DNA of 64,000 nt from an uncultured delta proteobacterium (GTDB lineage: Bacteria > Myxococcota_A > Polyangia > Polyangiales > Polyangiaceae), in contig CAWJCS010000006.1 in assembly GCA_963841435.1 (NCBI GenBank), forward strand, positions 1,376,001 to 1,440,000. Direction: 5' to 3'. Shown one piece after another: positions 41,339 through 53,055 of this stretch. Both the position numbers and the translations under genes were made by a program. Below the pieces are notes generated by a model, which ran no database searches, was not told the DNA's origin, and saw only the letters and a list, made by a program, of their open reading frames with translations. Numbering within the stretch: position 1 is the stretch's first letter; every line of letters starts with the position of its first letter.

Positions 41339-41797
41339 ATGCACCGCTTCGAACGCGACGAGCTTAAGGCACTCACGAAGAGTAGCTTCGCGCGTGACCT
41401 TTCGATCCGTTTTCAGGATGTGGACGCTGCCGGCATAATTTTTTACCCCCGGGTGTTGGAGCTCTGCCATGACGTGTATGTCGAGTTTCTCGCGGCGTCC
41501 GGGTCACCTTTACCTGAAGCCCTGCGCGGCCCGTGGATCGCCCCTATCCGCCACGCTGAAGCCGACTATTTCCGACCCTTGCGCTTCGGCGATCGGGTGA
41601 CCGTCGCCATCGTCCAGACGCACCTCGCTCCGGCCGACGAGCCCAGCGAAGTGACAATCGGCTACTGCATTGCCAAGCTCGATGGCGACGTTGCCTGCGT
41701 CGCCCAAAGCGTCCACACATTCGTGGACGCGAAAACGATGCAGCGCGTCGCGATCCCGAAGCGCCTGCGAAAAGCGCTCGAGCGGATCAACGGCTAG
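41339..41797 (+). CDS. Hotdog-fold acyl-CoA thioesterase (4HBT family), candidate DHNA-CoA hydrolase
   Basis: IRFQDVDAAGIIFY and ADYFRPLRFGD motifs. Confidence 0.9.
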   Translation: MHRFERDELKALTKSSFARDLSIRFQDVDAAGIIFYPRVLELCHDVYVEFLAASGSPLPEALRGPWIAPIRHAEADYFRPLRFGDRVTVAIVQTHLAPADEPSEVTIGYCIAKLDGDVACVAQSVHTFVDAKTMQRVAIPKRLRKALERING

Positions 41798-42456
41798 CCG
41801 GGCGGCGGCTCGACGAGCGATCGAAAGAAATCGAGCAGGCAATTTCGCCTCTGCTCGCTCCAGCCGTACGTCGGCGAGTTTCCGGGGGGCGCTGGCATGT
41901 CGTCCCCGCAGCCCATGGCGCCCCCAGGTGTGAGCTTTCTCACCACCCAGCTGTCGTCCGGGCTCTGCGAATCGAGCAGCAGCGCGTTCGGGGGGCAGAT
42001 GGAGGCAATTTCGGCAGCGTTGCAGGCGCGAAAGGGCTCGCCGGGCGCATAGCAGCCGATGTCGCCGTGCGTCGCGGGCTTGTCGACGAGCTCGGCGGCG
42101 AGCGCCTCTGGTACCAGGAGATTGAGGCCCGCGTAGTGCGACGCCCCATCGTGGCAGAAGCTGCGCGCGCAGCTGTCCTTGAGCGCTTTCGTGATGTCAA
42201 CGTCGCACGATGCCGGCGTGGTCACTCCCGCGCCCGCCGTTCCGCCCGGGGCGCCCGTAATCCCGCTCGCACCGGTGCCGCTCGATCCGCTGCCCGACGC
42301 GCCTGCGAAGTAGGGAGCGAAGCGCTCGGCGTTTTCGAGCTCCGCGCCTCCCGGGCACCCGGCCAGGCAAAGCGCCAGCGTCAACGCGAGCGCACGACGC
42401 GCGGTCGTGGAGCCGCGCTTCCGAGCTTTCGGATCCATCCGATCTGCCTCGTTCAT
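41794..42456 (-). CDS. Cys-rich lipoprotein with CX4CH motif (paralog B)
   Basis: Lipobox LAGC, CARSFCH; aligns along its length with 37916-38605. Confidence 0.8.
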   Translation of the reverse strand: MNEADRMDPKARKRGSTTARRALALTLALCLAGCPGGAELENAERFAPYFAGASGSGSSGTGASGITGAPGGTAGAGVTTPASCDVDITKALKDSCARSFCHDGASHYAGLNLLVPEALAAELVDKPATHGDIGCYAPGEPFRACNAAEIASICPPNALLLDSQSPDDSWVVRKLTPGGAMGCGDDMPAPPGNSPTYGWSEQRRNCLLDFFRSLVEPPPG

Positions 42457-42621
42457 CCGCGCGCGGATGGATCCTGATCCCCAAAAGAGACCTCGCGGCG
42501 GCAAATCTCGCAGGTTCGTGGGGGATTATGCCGCCCCGAGGATCCGGCGCGCCGCCTCGCGGCAGCGATGGTTGCATGCGTCCCGTTGGTCCTGAGCCTC
42601 GGGTAGGGGTAGATTCGGGGG

Positions 42622-43233
42622 ATGGCGGTTGCGGTCCCGCAATCCCTCGGCGAGCTACCCAAGGTGCTGCCCGAGCAACGCATGCTCATCTACGGCGTGA
42701 GCTGGAAGGACTACGTCATTTTGCGCGAGGCGCTCGATACGCCGGGGCTTCGCATGACCTACTGCGAGGGAGCGCTGGAGCTGACGAGCCCGTCTCGTAC
42801 CCATGAGCTGCGCAAGACGACCATCGCACGGCTGGTCGAGCTCTATGCGTTCCTCCGCGATCTGCCCCTCGCAGGCTACGGCTCGACCACGTTTCGGAAC
42901 GAAGCGAAAGAGCGCGGCGCCGAGCCGGACGAGTGCTACCGCGTCGGCTCGCTGATGAAGGACGGTGAGATCCCGGACATCGCGCTCGAGGTGATTCACA
43001 CAAGCCCGCTGCTCGACAAGCTCCACGTGTACCGGGGGCTCGGCGTGCCCGAGCTCTGGCTGTTCGAGGACGGCACCTTCAAGCTCTACCGCCTGGGCGA
43101 GGCGGGCTACGAGCCCATCGATCAGAGCGGATACCTTCCTGAGCTCGATCTGTCGCTGATTGCCGAGCTCGCCGTCCGCGACGACCAGCACCAGGCCCTC
43201 CGCGAGCTCCGCGATCGCTTGACCGCTGGCTGA
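42622..43233 (+). CDS. Uma2 family (PD-(D/E)xK) endonuclease
   Basis: GVSWKDY, GSTTF, EPDECY, PDIALEV and YRGLGVPELW. Confidence 0.92.
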   Translation: MAVAVPQSLGELPKVLPEQRMLIYGVSWKDYVILREALDTPGLRMTYCEGALELTSPSRTHELRKTTIARLVELYAFLRDLPLAGYGSTTFRNEAKERGAEPDECYRVGSLMKDGEIPDIALEVIHTSPLLDKLHVYRGLGVPELWLFEDGTFKLYRLGEAGYEPIDQSGYLPELDLSLIAELAVRDDQHQALRELRDRLTAG

Positions 43234-43277
43234 ACAGGCTGAACCGGCCGCGCCGGCTTCAAAACGCGGCCTGCGGG

Positions 43278-44763
43278 TCAGCGCTTCTGGACAGCCTGAC
43301 CGAAAAGCGAAAGAGCAGCCCGGCGATCGATCTTGCCGCTCGGCAAGACGGGCAGCTGCGCCACGACGACCAGGCGGCGAGGCAGCTTGTGCTTGGCGAG
43401 CGTTCGGCGAAGCTCGGCGACGAGCGCGTCGGGCGCAGGGCCGCCCGGCGAAAGCACGACGAGCGCCCCCACGAGCTCGCCGAACGTCGCATCAGGCACG
43501 CCCGTGACGAACGCGGCGCGCACGGCCGGCACGGCGAGAAGGGCGGCCTCGACCTCGCGCGGATCGACATTCTCGCCCCCCGTGACGATGAGAATCGCTC
43601 GCACGGCCCGTGACGACGAGCGCCCCCCGTTCGTCGAGGTAGCCGAGGTCGCCCGTCCGGTACCACTCCGCACGAGGATCGCTTTCGGGCTCGCCGGCGT
43701 AGCCGCTGAAGAGCGTCGGTCCGCGGACCTCGAGGGCTCCAGTGCCGGACGCCGCGTCGACTTCGGCGATGCGAAGCTCGACGCCCGGCAATGGGGGACC
43801 GACGGCGTTGCCCTCCTGCGGGTCGAAGCGCTCGGCGTAGCGCCGCGTGGCGACCTGCGAGCAGGCTTCTGTGAGCCCGTACGTCGGCAGCAGGGGGACC
43901 CTTCGTTCGTGCGCCAGGGTCGCGAGGTTTTTCGGACAGGCCGCGCCACCGACGAGGACCGCGCGCAGCGTGGGCGGCGGCGTGAAGGCCACCTCGGGTG
44001 AGAGCAGCCGTTCGAGCAGCGCGGGCACGACGGAGAGCTGGGTCACGCGAGCGTCGGCCACGCGCCGCGAAAGCTCGCCGGCGCGAGCCAGCAGCGAGCC
44101 GCCCGGCTCGAACAACACGAGCGCCCGCCGCGTCACGAGCGCCCGGACGACAATCATCAGCCCGCCCACGTGCGCGAGCGGGAGCGCGAGCAGTGTGCGA
44201 TCGTCTGGCTCGACACCGACTGCGGCCGCGTGGGCGCGCGCTGCGGCCACGAGCGCCCGATGGCTGAGCCTCGTGAGCTTCGGCACCCCCGTCGTGCCGG
44301 ACGTGGCGACGAGGGCGGCGATGCGCTCGGGGTCGAGCCCGGGCGTTCCTGCGCCCGCCGAGGGGGATTCGTCGCGGGCCGAGCCTGCGTCGTCGCCGGC
44401 CGAAGCCGCCTCGCGGGTCGAGCGCGCGCCCTCGCCGCTCGGCGGCGCCTCGAGCGCCCCGGCGCGCTCCACCAGCGTTTTTCGCTCGCTCGGGGTGAGC
44501 CGCGCGTGGAGCGGCAGCGCGGGCGTTCCGGCTGAAAAAAGCGCGAAGAGCGTCGTCACGCTGGCGAGCGTCGGTTCGGCGACGAACGCGACGGGCCGCT
44601 CGCCCCCGGTGTCGAGCACGGCGGAGAGCTCGCCGAGCCGCACGCGAACCCGTTCGGCGAGGTCGCGGTACGAAAGCTCCGTGCCTTCGCCGAGCACGGC
44701 AAGCTCGCTCGGTGCGGCTCGCGCGGCGTCGAACACCGAGAGCGTCGAACCGAGCGTGGTCAT
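43278..44763 (-). CDS. menE: O-succinylbenzoate-CoA ligase (one +1 frameshift near 43593)
   Basis: TSGTTGVPK, YGLTE, YRTGDLG; GRASD, an extra base, then LIVTGGENV...LPSGKIDR. Confidence 0.85.
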
Positions 44764-45858
44764 GACCTCCGGTCGTCGAGGATGGTCGCGCCGGCGAGAG
44801 CGTCTTCGAGCGTCAGGCCGAAGCCTGGCTCCGTCCAGGGCCGCAGACGGTCGAACGTCCCGGGTGAGGCAGGGGGGCCTCACCGTGCCGAGGCCGACGT
44901 GCGGGGCCAGGCCGTCCGCGGGCCGCCCGGGACCCAGCGCGAGAGCGAAGGCCGCTGTCGCCGCGTAGGCGACTGGACCCTCGAGCGCGTGGGAGGCGAC
45001 CGCGACGAGCCCCGCGCGCTTGGCCTCGCTCGCCAGCTCGAGCGCGCGACCAATGCCGCCGAGCGTCGTCGGCTTGAGGATGGCGGCGACGAACCCGGCG
45101 AGTCCGGCCCGTCCGAAATCCGGCCTGCTTTCGGCGAGCGTCTCGTCGAGCCCGAGCGGGATCCCGATGCCCGCCTGCGGCAGCTCGGAAGCCGGCTCTT
45201 CCAGATAGCGGAGACCGACCTGCTCGAGCCGCGCGGCCACGGTGGCATCGAGCGGCAGGTGTCCGCTGCGATTGGCGTCGGCTCGTAGCTCCACGTCGGG
45301 CCCGAAAGCCGTGCGGAGCGCCTCGAGCAACGCGACGCCCGGGTCGCTCGATTCGAGCGTGTAGAGCTTCACCTTGAAAGACCGGACGCCTCGTTCGAGC
45401 GCCCCGTGCGCCTCACGGAGCGCCTCGTCGATGTCGGACGCTACCCACAGCGAGAGCTCGAGGGCGTCGGGTGGGGCGCTGTCGGGGCCGCGGAGCAGCG
45501 CCCACGCCGGCTTTTCGGTTTGGCGCGCCGACAGGTCCAAAAGCGCGCTCTCGAGCGCCATCCGAGCGGCCGGGCTCCGGAGCCCGCGCGACGCCGCGCG
45601 GAGCGCCCCGGCGGCGTCGTCGTTCGGCGCGAGCCCTTCGAGAGGCTGGCCGAGCAGCTTCGAAAGCTCGGCGCGGGCCGCGGGCACGCCATCTTGCGAG
45701 TAGGCGGGCAGGGGTGCGGCCTCGCCCAACCCGCGCCGGCCCGCTTCGTCCTCGACGACGATCGTGAGCCCGAGCCGCTCGCTCCAGCTCCCGGCGGCGC
45801 TCGACTTCGTCGTCGCAAGCCGTCGGCGGTGCTCGACCAGCCGCACCACGCGGATCAC
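44760..45858 (-). CDS. menC: O-succinylbenzoate synthase (one +1 frameshift near 44855)
   Basis: GEAAPLP, FKVK, LRADAN, LEEP, LDE and LKPTTLGG; the PGFG tail and stop (ATGA with menE) lie in another frame. Confidence 0.85.
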
Positions 45859-46781
45859 AGGACGTTCGTCCCGAGCGAGAGCCCCAGCGAGAACAGCACG
45901 CCGTGGAAAAACAGCAGCTTGGCCGTGCGGGCGAGCAGGGGATTTAGCGCACGGCCGCGCTCGCGCGAAACGGCGCGCATCAGGGGCACGGCAAACGGTA
46001 GGGTGAGAAGCGGCAAGAGGGCCACAGGGCCGGCGAGACGAAGGCCCACGAGCCCGAGGGGGACCGCGTAGGCGAGCGCGAGCAGGAGCCCGTACTCGTA
46101 GAGTACCGCGCGTTCGCCGAACCGCACGGCGAGCGTGCGCTTGCCGGCTCGCACGTCCGTCTCGCGGTCGCGCAGGTTATTGACGACGAGGATGGCCGTG
46201 GCGAGCGCGCCGACGGGGATGGCCGCGACGGCCGAGAGCGGTGTCACGGTGTGGGCCTGGACGAACGTGGTGCCGCACACGGCGACGAACCCGAAAAACA
46301 CCATGACGAACAGGTCGCCAAGCCCGTGATAACCGAGCGGATACGGCCCACCCGTGTACGCGACGGCCGAGAGCATCGAGGCGAGCCCGATGACGACGAT
46401 TGCGGGCCCCGCCACGGCCGTGAGGTAGAGGCCCACGAGCAGCGCGAGCCCGAGCACGACGTACAGGCCTCGCCGCATGCTCGCCGGGCTGAGCAGCCCC
46501 GCCTGGACGGCGCGCAGCGGCCCGAGCCGCTCGGCGGTATCCGCGCCCTTCTCGAAGTCGAACACGTCGTTCGCGAAGTTTGCGGCGATCTGCAGGAGCA
46601 AGGCGCCCGTGAGCGCCGCGAGCGCGGGCAGGGGACGGAACGCCTCGGCCGCGACGGCGCACGCGCTACCGACGAGCACGGGCACGACGGCCGCGAGCAG
46701 CGTGGGCGGCCGTGCCGCGAGCACCCAGGCGCGCGCCGAACCAGGGCGCGTGAGATTTTGGTTCTCGATCAGGGTGCTCAT
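45855..46781 (-). CDS. menA: 1,4-dihydroxy-2-naphthoate polyprenyltransferase
   Basis: [30 protein letters not shown] and [17 protein letters not shown]. Confidence 0.95.
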   Translation of the reverse strand: MSTLIENQNLTRPGSARAWVLAARPPTLLAAVVPVLVGSACAVAAEAFRPLPALAALTGALLLQIAANFANDVFDFEKGADTAERLGPLRAVQAGLLSPASMRRGLYVVLGLALLVGLYLTAVAGPAIVVIGLASMLSAVAYTGGPYPLGYHGLGDLFVMVFFGFVAVCGTTFVQAHTVTPLSAVAAIPVGALATAILVVNNLRDRETDVRAGKRTLAVRFGERAVLYEYGLLLALAYAVPLGLVGLRLAGPVALLPLLTLPFAVPLMRAVSRERGRALNPLLARTAKLLFFHGVLFSLGLSLGTNVL

Positions 46782-46886
46782 GACGGATGGGGTCAGCGTG
46801 GCGTTCGGCACGCCGGGCCTTTTTTGGGGTTGAATCGCTCGGCGGCACGCTGCGAGCGCACCGTGGGCCTTCGCCCGGTGCTTCGT

Positions 46887-47704
<818 letters not shown>

Positions 47705-47712
<8 letters not shown>

Positions 47713-48451
47713 GGGGGCCTCGGCCTTTCAGCGCGGAATCTAGCGCGTCTGCGACCCGATCCGGTCGCTCGAGCAGGAGATCGTGACCGGCGCCCGGCGC
47801 GAGGCGCAGGGTCGCCCGGGGCAGCGCGGCGGCGAGGGATTGCCCGAGCGCCAGGAACTTCGTGTCGAGCTCGCCTGCCATGACCGTAACCGGCACGTCG
47901 AGCCCCGGCAGGTGGGGGCGCTGGTCCGGCATGCTGCCGAGGCCGAGCACCTCGAGCGACCGCGCGAGCGCCTCGGCGTCGTGGCCGAGGCGCTCGGTGC
48001 GGCGTGCCTCGCGAAGGCCCGGTGCGAGCTCCGCCTGCGACGCGAAGAGTGGCTGCGCCTCCCAGGCTCGGACGAACGACGCGAGCCCTTCCGTGCGAAG
48101 CAGCGCCGCCCAGCGCGCGTCGCCTGCGCGGCGCTCGGCGCGCTCGCCGTCGGTCGCGAGGCCGGGATGGGCGCCCACGAGCACGAGGTGCCGGACGCGG
48201 AGCGGGTCGAGCGTCGCGACGCGCAGAGCGAGCCGTGCGCCGAGCGAGTAGCCGGCGAGCACGACGGGCTCGGGCGGCAGGAGCGAGAGCAGGCGCTCGG
48301 CCTCGGCGTCGAAGCTCGTGGCAAAGGGCGCGGCGGCGCCGTGGCCGAGCAGCGCCGGGCAGAGCGCAGGAGTGCCGGGCAGGCGGTCGAGCACGGCCGC
48401 GAACGAGCGCGGCGAGCCGGTGAAGCCGTGGAGGAGGACGAGCGGGGTCAC
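47705..48451 (-). CDS. menH: SHCHC synthase (alpha/beta hydrolase)
   Basis: [23 protein letters not shown] and GAGH; position in the men operon. Confidence 0.9.
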
Positions 48452-48452
48452 C

Positions 48453-50261
48453 CTAGCTCCCCGGGCGCGCGAGGATTGGCTCCAGGCGCAGCTCGAGCTC
48501 GCGGGCCGCAGCGCGGCGTACCTCGCGGGCGCTCGTCGGTCCGACGCGCGCGTGAATCAGCGTCGCCGACGGTCGCTCGAGCGCGAGCCGGACGGCGCTC
48601 CGAAGCTCGGCGAGCGTGTGGGGCTCGGACGGCGGCAAACCGAAGAGCCCCGCGGCGTGGGGGATCGATAGCGTGGGTGGCGTGAGCCAGAGGGGACGCA
48701 GGCTCGGGGTCGCTTCATAGAGCGCCGCCACGGGCAGCTCGTCGAAGATCCGGCCGCCGTCGTTGTCGAGCACGAGGATGGCGAGCGGCGTCGTCACCTG
48801 GCGCGCGGCGGCGAGGCCGCCGAGATCGTGGGCGAAGCTCACGTCGCCGACGAGGACGAGCGTCGGGACGCTGCTCGCGCAGGCCGTGCCCGCGGCGCCG
48901 GACACGATGCCGTCGATGCCGTTCGCCCCGCGCTGGCTCGCGACGCGGAGGCTCCGCGCGGAAGCAGGGACGAAAGCGTCGAGCTCACGGACCGGCAGGC
49001 TGTTGCCGACGACGAGCAGGCTTCCGGCGGGCATGCTCTCGACGGCCGCTCGCACCACCGCGGGCTCGCTCGGCTCGGCGCCGCCGGTGCTCCCTTCGAC
49101 CGCGTCGTCGATTGCGGCGCGGGCAGCCGCGTTCGCAGCGCGAAGCAGCTCCGCGTAGCGCCGCTGCGCCGCGCTCGGGGCTCGCCCGCCGAGCGCCTCG
49201 ACGAGGGCGCCGGCGACGCGGGCGAGCGGACCCTGGACGAGCACGCGTGCGCGGCTCGAGGGGTCGGACCAGCCGTGCTCGGTGACCACGGCAAGCTCGG
49301 GGGCGCCGTCACCGCCGAGCAACCGCTCGAGGACGCTGGAAGTCGGCGTCGCCCCGAAGCGGATCACGAGGTCCGGCTTCAAAGCCGTGCGGCCCGCCTC
49401 GGAGCCGAGCAGCCAGTCGAGCGCGTCAACGGCGCCGGCCGGCTGGGTGCCCGCGAAGCGCAGCTGGCTCGTCGCCTCCGCGTAGACGGGCAGCGAGGCC
49501 CGCTCGCCGAGCGCGGCGACCGACGCCGCCAGGGTCGCGTCCCAGACCGGCACGGGGCCCGCGACGATCACGGCGCGCTCGGCCGACCGGAGACGCTCCG
49601 CGAGCTCGGCGACGCCCGCGGCTTCGGGCTCACGCGTCGGGGGCCAAGCGCGCGTCACGCCGCCCGCGATGAGCGCGTCAACGCGAGCCCTGGTTTCGCG
49701 CTCGGCGTCGCTTTCTGGGGGGCTCGGTTCGAGCGGCTTTCGGGCACGCGCGTTCAGGTGCACGGGGCCCGGCTCCGGCGAGCGACTGGCGAGCAGGGCC
49801 TGCGCGGCGCTGCGCGCGAGCCCGGCGAGCGCGGAAGGGCTCGGGTCGGGCGTCCCGAGGTCGAAGTAGGCGCGCACGTAGCCGCCGTAGATCTTGTCCT
49901 GATCGATCGTCTGCGCCGCGCCGACGCCTTGCGCCTCGAGCGGCCGGTCGGCGGTGAGCACGACGAGCGGCAGCCGCGCGAGCGAGGCCTCGACGATCGC
50001 AGGGAAGAAGCTTGCCGCGGCGCTGCCGGAGGTCGAGAGCACGAGCGCCGGCTCGCCGCTCGCTCGCGCGAGGCCGAGCGCGAAGAAGGCCGCCACGCGC
50101 TCGTCGATGAGCCCATGGCACTCGATGCCGGGCTCCGAAGCGAGCGCCCAGGCGAACGGTGTCGAGCGCGATCCCGGGCAGATCACCGCGTGGCGGAGCC
50201 CTGCCTGGCGCAAGCTGCTCGAAAGGAGCCGTGACCAGTCACCCAGGAGCGCGCCGGTCAT
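48453..50261 (-). CDS. menD: SEPHCHC synthase
   Basis: CPGSRSTP, DERVAAFFALG, TADRP, RGANGIDG and GDVSFAHD...NDGGRIF. Confidence 0.95.
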   Translation of the reverse strand: MTGALLGDWSRLLSSSLRQAGLRHAVICPGSRSTPFAWALASEPGIECHGLIDERVAAFFALGLARASGEPALVLSTSGSAAASFFPAIVEASLARLPLVVLTADRPLEAQGVGAAQTIDQDKIYGGYVRAYFDLGTPDPSPSALAGLARSAAQALLASRSPEPGPVHLNARARKPLEPSPPESDAERETRARVDALIAGGVTRAWPPTREPEAAGVAELAERLRSAERAVIVAGPVPVWDATLAASVAALGERASLPVYAEATSQLRFAGTQPAGAVDALDWLLGSEAGRTALKPDLVIRFGATPTSSVLERLLGGDGAPELAVVTEHGWSDPSSRARVLVQGPLARVAGALVEALGGRAPSAAQRRYAELLRAANAAARAAIDDAVEGSTGGAEPSEPAVVRAAVESMPAGSLLVVGNSLPVRELDAFVPASARSLRVASQRGANGIDGIVSGAAGTACASSVPTLVLVGDVSFAHDLGGLAAARQVTTPLAILVLDNDGGRIFDELPVAALYEATPSLRPLWLTPPTLSIPHAAGLFGLPPSEPHTLAELRSAVRLALERPSATLIHARVGPTSAREVRRAAARELELRLEPILARPGS

Positions 50262-50268
50262 CGCGCGT

Positions 50269-51663
50269 TCACTCGGCGACCCCGAGGGCGCCGAGCAGCG
50301 TACGAAGCTTCCAGCGCGTCTCGGTGAACTCCGCGGCCGGCGCGGAGCCCTTCACGATGCCACAGCCCGCGTAGAGGTGTGCGACCTTGCCCGAGAGCAC
50401 GCCCGAGCGGATCGCGACGGCCATCTGTCCGTCGCCGGCCGGGTCGAACCAGCCGACGGGCCCTGCGTACCACCCGCGCTCGTCGGGCTCGTGCGAATGG
50501 ATCCACTCGAGCGCGCGCAGCGTGGGGACGCCGCCGACGGCGGGGGTCGGGTGGAGCCGCTCGACGAGATCGAGCAGGTGGGGGGTCCCCTTGAGCGTTG
50601 CGGCCACCCGCGTGCGAAGGTGCAATACGTGGCGAAGCTCGTAGATCTCCGGCGTCGCGGCGTGCTCGAGCCGTTCGGCGAGCGGTTCCAACGCATGCAG
50701 GATCTCGCGCAGCACGAAGGCGTGCTCGCGCTGGTCCTTTTCGCTCGTCAGCAGCCGCTCGCGGGCGTCGGGCTCGAGGGCGCCCATCGAGCCTGCGACG
50801 GCGCCCGTCTCGAGCAGGCTGCCGGTCTTCTGCGCGAGCCACTCGGGAGTGGCGCCGAGGAACGTGACGCCGTCCTTGCGAATCAAGAAGCGAGTGCATT
50901 CGGGGGCCTGCTTGCGCAAACGGAAGAGCACCTCGGCGGGCTCGGGAGCGAGGTCGAGCGTCAGCGAAACGCGGCGCGAGAGCACGACCTTTTCGAGCGT
51001 TTCGCGGGCGATCTCTCCGCGAATGGACTCGATGAGCGCCGCCCATTCCGTGTCGGGCCGCTCCTCGAGGCGGCGATGGCGAATCGAGGTCGGGCCGGGC
51101 TCGAAGCCGCGCGCGAGGACGTCGAGGGCGCGGGTCGTCCCGGCGATCAGCCCATCGCGAGCACCCGGCCGAGCGAGGCGCTCGGGGGTGGCGGCGACGA
51201 CGAGCCGAGCACCGCCAGCGTCGACGACGTAGGCGAGCTCCGGCAGGACGAAGCGGGCCTCGCCGAAGGGTTGCCAGAAGCTCGCGCCGGGCTCGCCGTC
51301 ACGGAAGGCGAAGCCGCCGACCACGCGGGGCACGACGGCGCTCGCGCCGAAGAGCCCGACGGAGCGCACCCCCCGGAGCAGCTCGCGGCCGGCGCGGCCC
51401 ACCGACGTGAAGCGCGAGCGACCGTGACCCTCGAGCACGGCGGCGTTGCCGAGCGCAGCGAGCTCGAGCCCACCGTTCGGCGCGGTCCAGGCGACGGCGT
51501 CGCCGGTCTGGCCGAAAAGCAGCGCCTCGCTCGGAGCGATGGGGGCGGGGAGGGCAACGAGCGTCGTCTGCCCGCTCGCGAGGGCCTCGTCGAGCGCGCG
51601 GCCGAGCGCGTCCTCGACACCCGCGGAAAGGCCCGCGAAGGCGTCCTCGGCGCGCAGTGTCAA
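50269..51663 (-). CDS. menF: Isochorismate synthase
   Basis: KVVLSR, GATPE, KDQREH, LHPTPAVGG, RGWYAGPVG and YAGCGIV. Confidence 0.93.
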   Translation of the reverse strand: MTLRAEDAFAGLSAGVEDALGRALDEALASGQTTLVALPAPIAPSEALLFGQTGDAVAWTAPNGGLELAALGNAAVLEGHGRSRFTSVGRAGRELLRGVRSVGLFGASAVVPRVVGGFAFRDGEPGASFWQPFGEARFVLPELAYVVDAGGARLVVAATPERLARPGARDGLIAGTTRALDVLARGFEPGPTSIRHRRLEERPDTEWAALIESIRGEIARETLEKVVLSRRVSLTLDLAPEPAEVLFRLRKQAPECTRFLIRKDGVTFLGATPEWLAQKTGSLLETGAVAGSMGALEPDARERLLTSEKDQREHAFVLREILHALEPLAERLEHAATPEIYELRHVLHLRTRVAATLKGTPHLLDLVERLHPTPAVGGVPTLRALEWIHSHEPDERGWYAGPVGWFDPAGDGQMAVAIRSGVLSGKVAHLYAGCGIVKGSAPAAEFTETRWKLRTLLGALGVAE

Positions 51664-52373
51664 AGGGCCCCCTTTGGCGTCGCCACGTACAGGTGGCAGA
51701 CGCCGAACGTCAGCGGGACGAGCTCGAGCGACGTGAGCCCCGAGCGCTCGATGAGGGACACGAACTCATCGGCGGGAGGAAACGCCGCGATGGAGCGCTC
51801 GAGGTAGCGGTACTCCGGAGCGCGCGAGAGCAGCGCGCCCACGTGCGGCACGAGCGTATGGACGTGGAAGCGGGCGAGCCGCGCGAGCGCCCCCTTTCGC
51901 GGCTCCGAGAGCTCGAGGATGGCGATGCGCCCACCCGGCCGCGTGACGCGCGCCATCTCGGCGAGGGCGAGCCCCCGGTCCGGGACGTTGCGGATGCCGA
52001 AGGCGATGCTCACGGCGTCGAAGCTCTGGTCCGGGAAAGGCATCGCCTCCGCGCCGCCCTGGACGAGCGAGATACGCGCCGAGAGACCCCGGCTCTCGAC
52101 CTTCCCGCGGCCCACCTCGAGCATGGCCGACGACGGGTCGAGCCCCACGACTTCGGCGCTCGGCTCGGATTTTGCGATGAGCAAGGCGAGGTCGGCCGTG
52201 CCGGTCGCGACGTCGAGCACGCGTGCCCCGGAGCGCAAAGCGAGCGCGCGCACCGTCTTTTTTCGCCAGCTCTGGTCGACGCCGAGCGAGATCACCCGGT
52301 TGACGAGGTCGTAGCGGGCCGCGATGGCGTCGAACATGGCGCCCGAGCCGTTGGGGGCGGGTGCGGTGCTCAC
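51660..52373 (-). CDS. ubiE: Demethylmenaquinone methyltransferase
   Basis: MFDAIAARYDLVN, LDVATGTAD and FGIRNV. Confidence 0.93.
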   Translation of the reverse strand: MSTAPAPNGSGAMFDAIAARYDLVNRVISLGVDQSWRKKTVRALALRSGARVLDVATGTADLALLIAKSEPSAEVVGLDPSSAMLEVGRGKVESRGLSARISLVQGGAEAMPFPDQSFDAVSIAFGIRNVPDRGLALAEMARVTRPGGRIAILELSEPRKGALARLARFHVHTLVPHVGALLSRAPEYRYLERSIAAFPPADEFVSLIERSGLTSLELVPLTFGVCHLYVATPKGAL

Positions 52374-52945
52374 GAGCCTCCGTACATCTTGAGCAACGGC
52401 GTCGGATCGATGGTTTTGCCGGCGGCGAGCGCCGTGAGTAGGGTCTCGCCGAGCTTGGAAAGGCGGCGGAGCTCGCCCAGTCGCTCGCGCTTGAAGGCCA
52501 GCGACGGGCCTTTCGTCGCGCGCTCGTTCGGCAGCGCACGCTGCGCCGCCTCGAGCGCTTCGCCGAACCCACGCACCAGGGAGAGCTCGCGCTCGCGCAG
52601 CACGCGCTGCACGAGCCGGCCGATGCTCGTCTCCGCTTCGTAGAAGTCGCGGCGCTCACCCGGCCGCCACGATTTCTTCACGGCGCCCCACTTCGCGAGC
52701 TCGCCCATGGCCATGCTGACGGCCCCGGCGCTCATGCGAAGCGCCTCGCCGATCTCGGCGGCACCGAGCGGCTCCGGTGACAGGTAGAGCAGGGTCCAGA
52801 TCCGCCCCATGGGACGCTTGAAGCCCCAAAACTCCATCAGCCGCCCGACGGAATCGGCGACTTCGAGCTCGGCCTGGGTGACGCGGCCCCCCTGAGCGTC
52901 GCCGCCGGCGGGCCCGGAGTCCGTTGGATCGCTTTGAGCTTTCAA
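52370..52945 (-). CDS. GbsR/MarR-like winged-helix regulator
   Basis: FWGFKRPMGRIWTLLYL...SAGAVSM...GERRDFY; start approximate. Confidence 0.85.
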   Translation of the reverse strand: MKAQSDPTDSGPAGGDAQGGRVTQAELEVADSVGRLMEFWGFKRPMGRIWTLLYLSPEPLGAAEIGEALRMSAGAVSMAMGELAKWGAVKKSWRPGERRDFYEAETSIGRLVQRVLRERELSLVRGFGEALEAAQRALPNERATKGPSLAFKRERLGELRRLSKLGETLLTALAAGKTIDPTPLLKMYGGS

Positions 52946-53055
52946 AACTTCTTGAAAGTTTAGGTCTGGTCCCCGGGAGGGTCAAGGTGAGGACGGGCCC
53001 GGCCCTGACGCGCGGACGTTGGCTCCCGGCCCGGACCAGATGTAGCGTGGTCGAA

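Noticed and set aside
43492-45858. Natural MenC-MenE fusion protein
   Set aside because: Explained by a +1 frameshift; the MenC tail and the ATGA coupling exist in the other frame.
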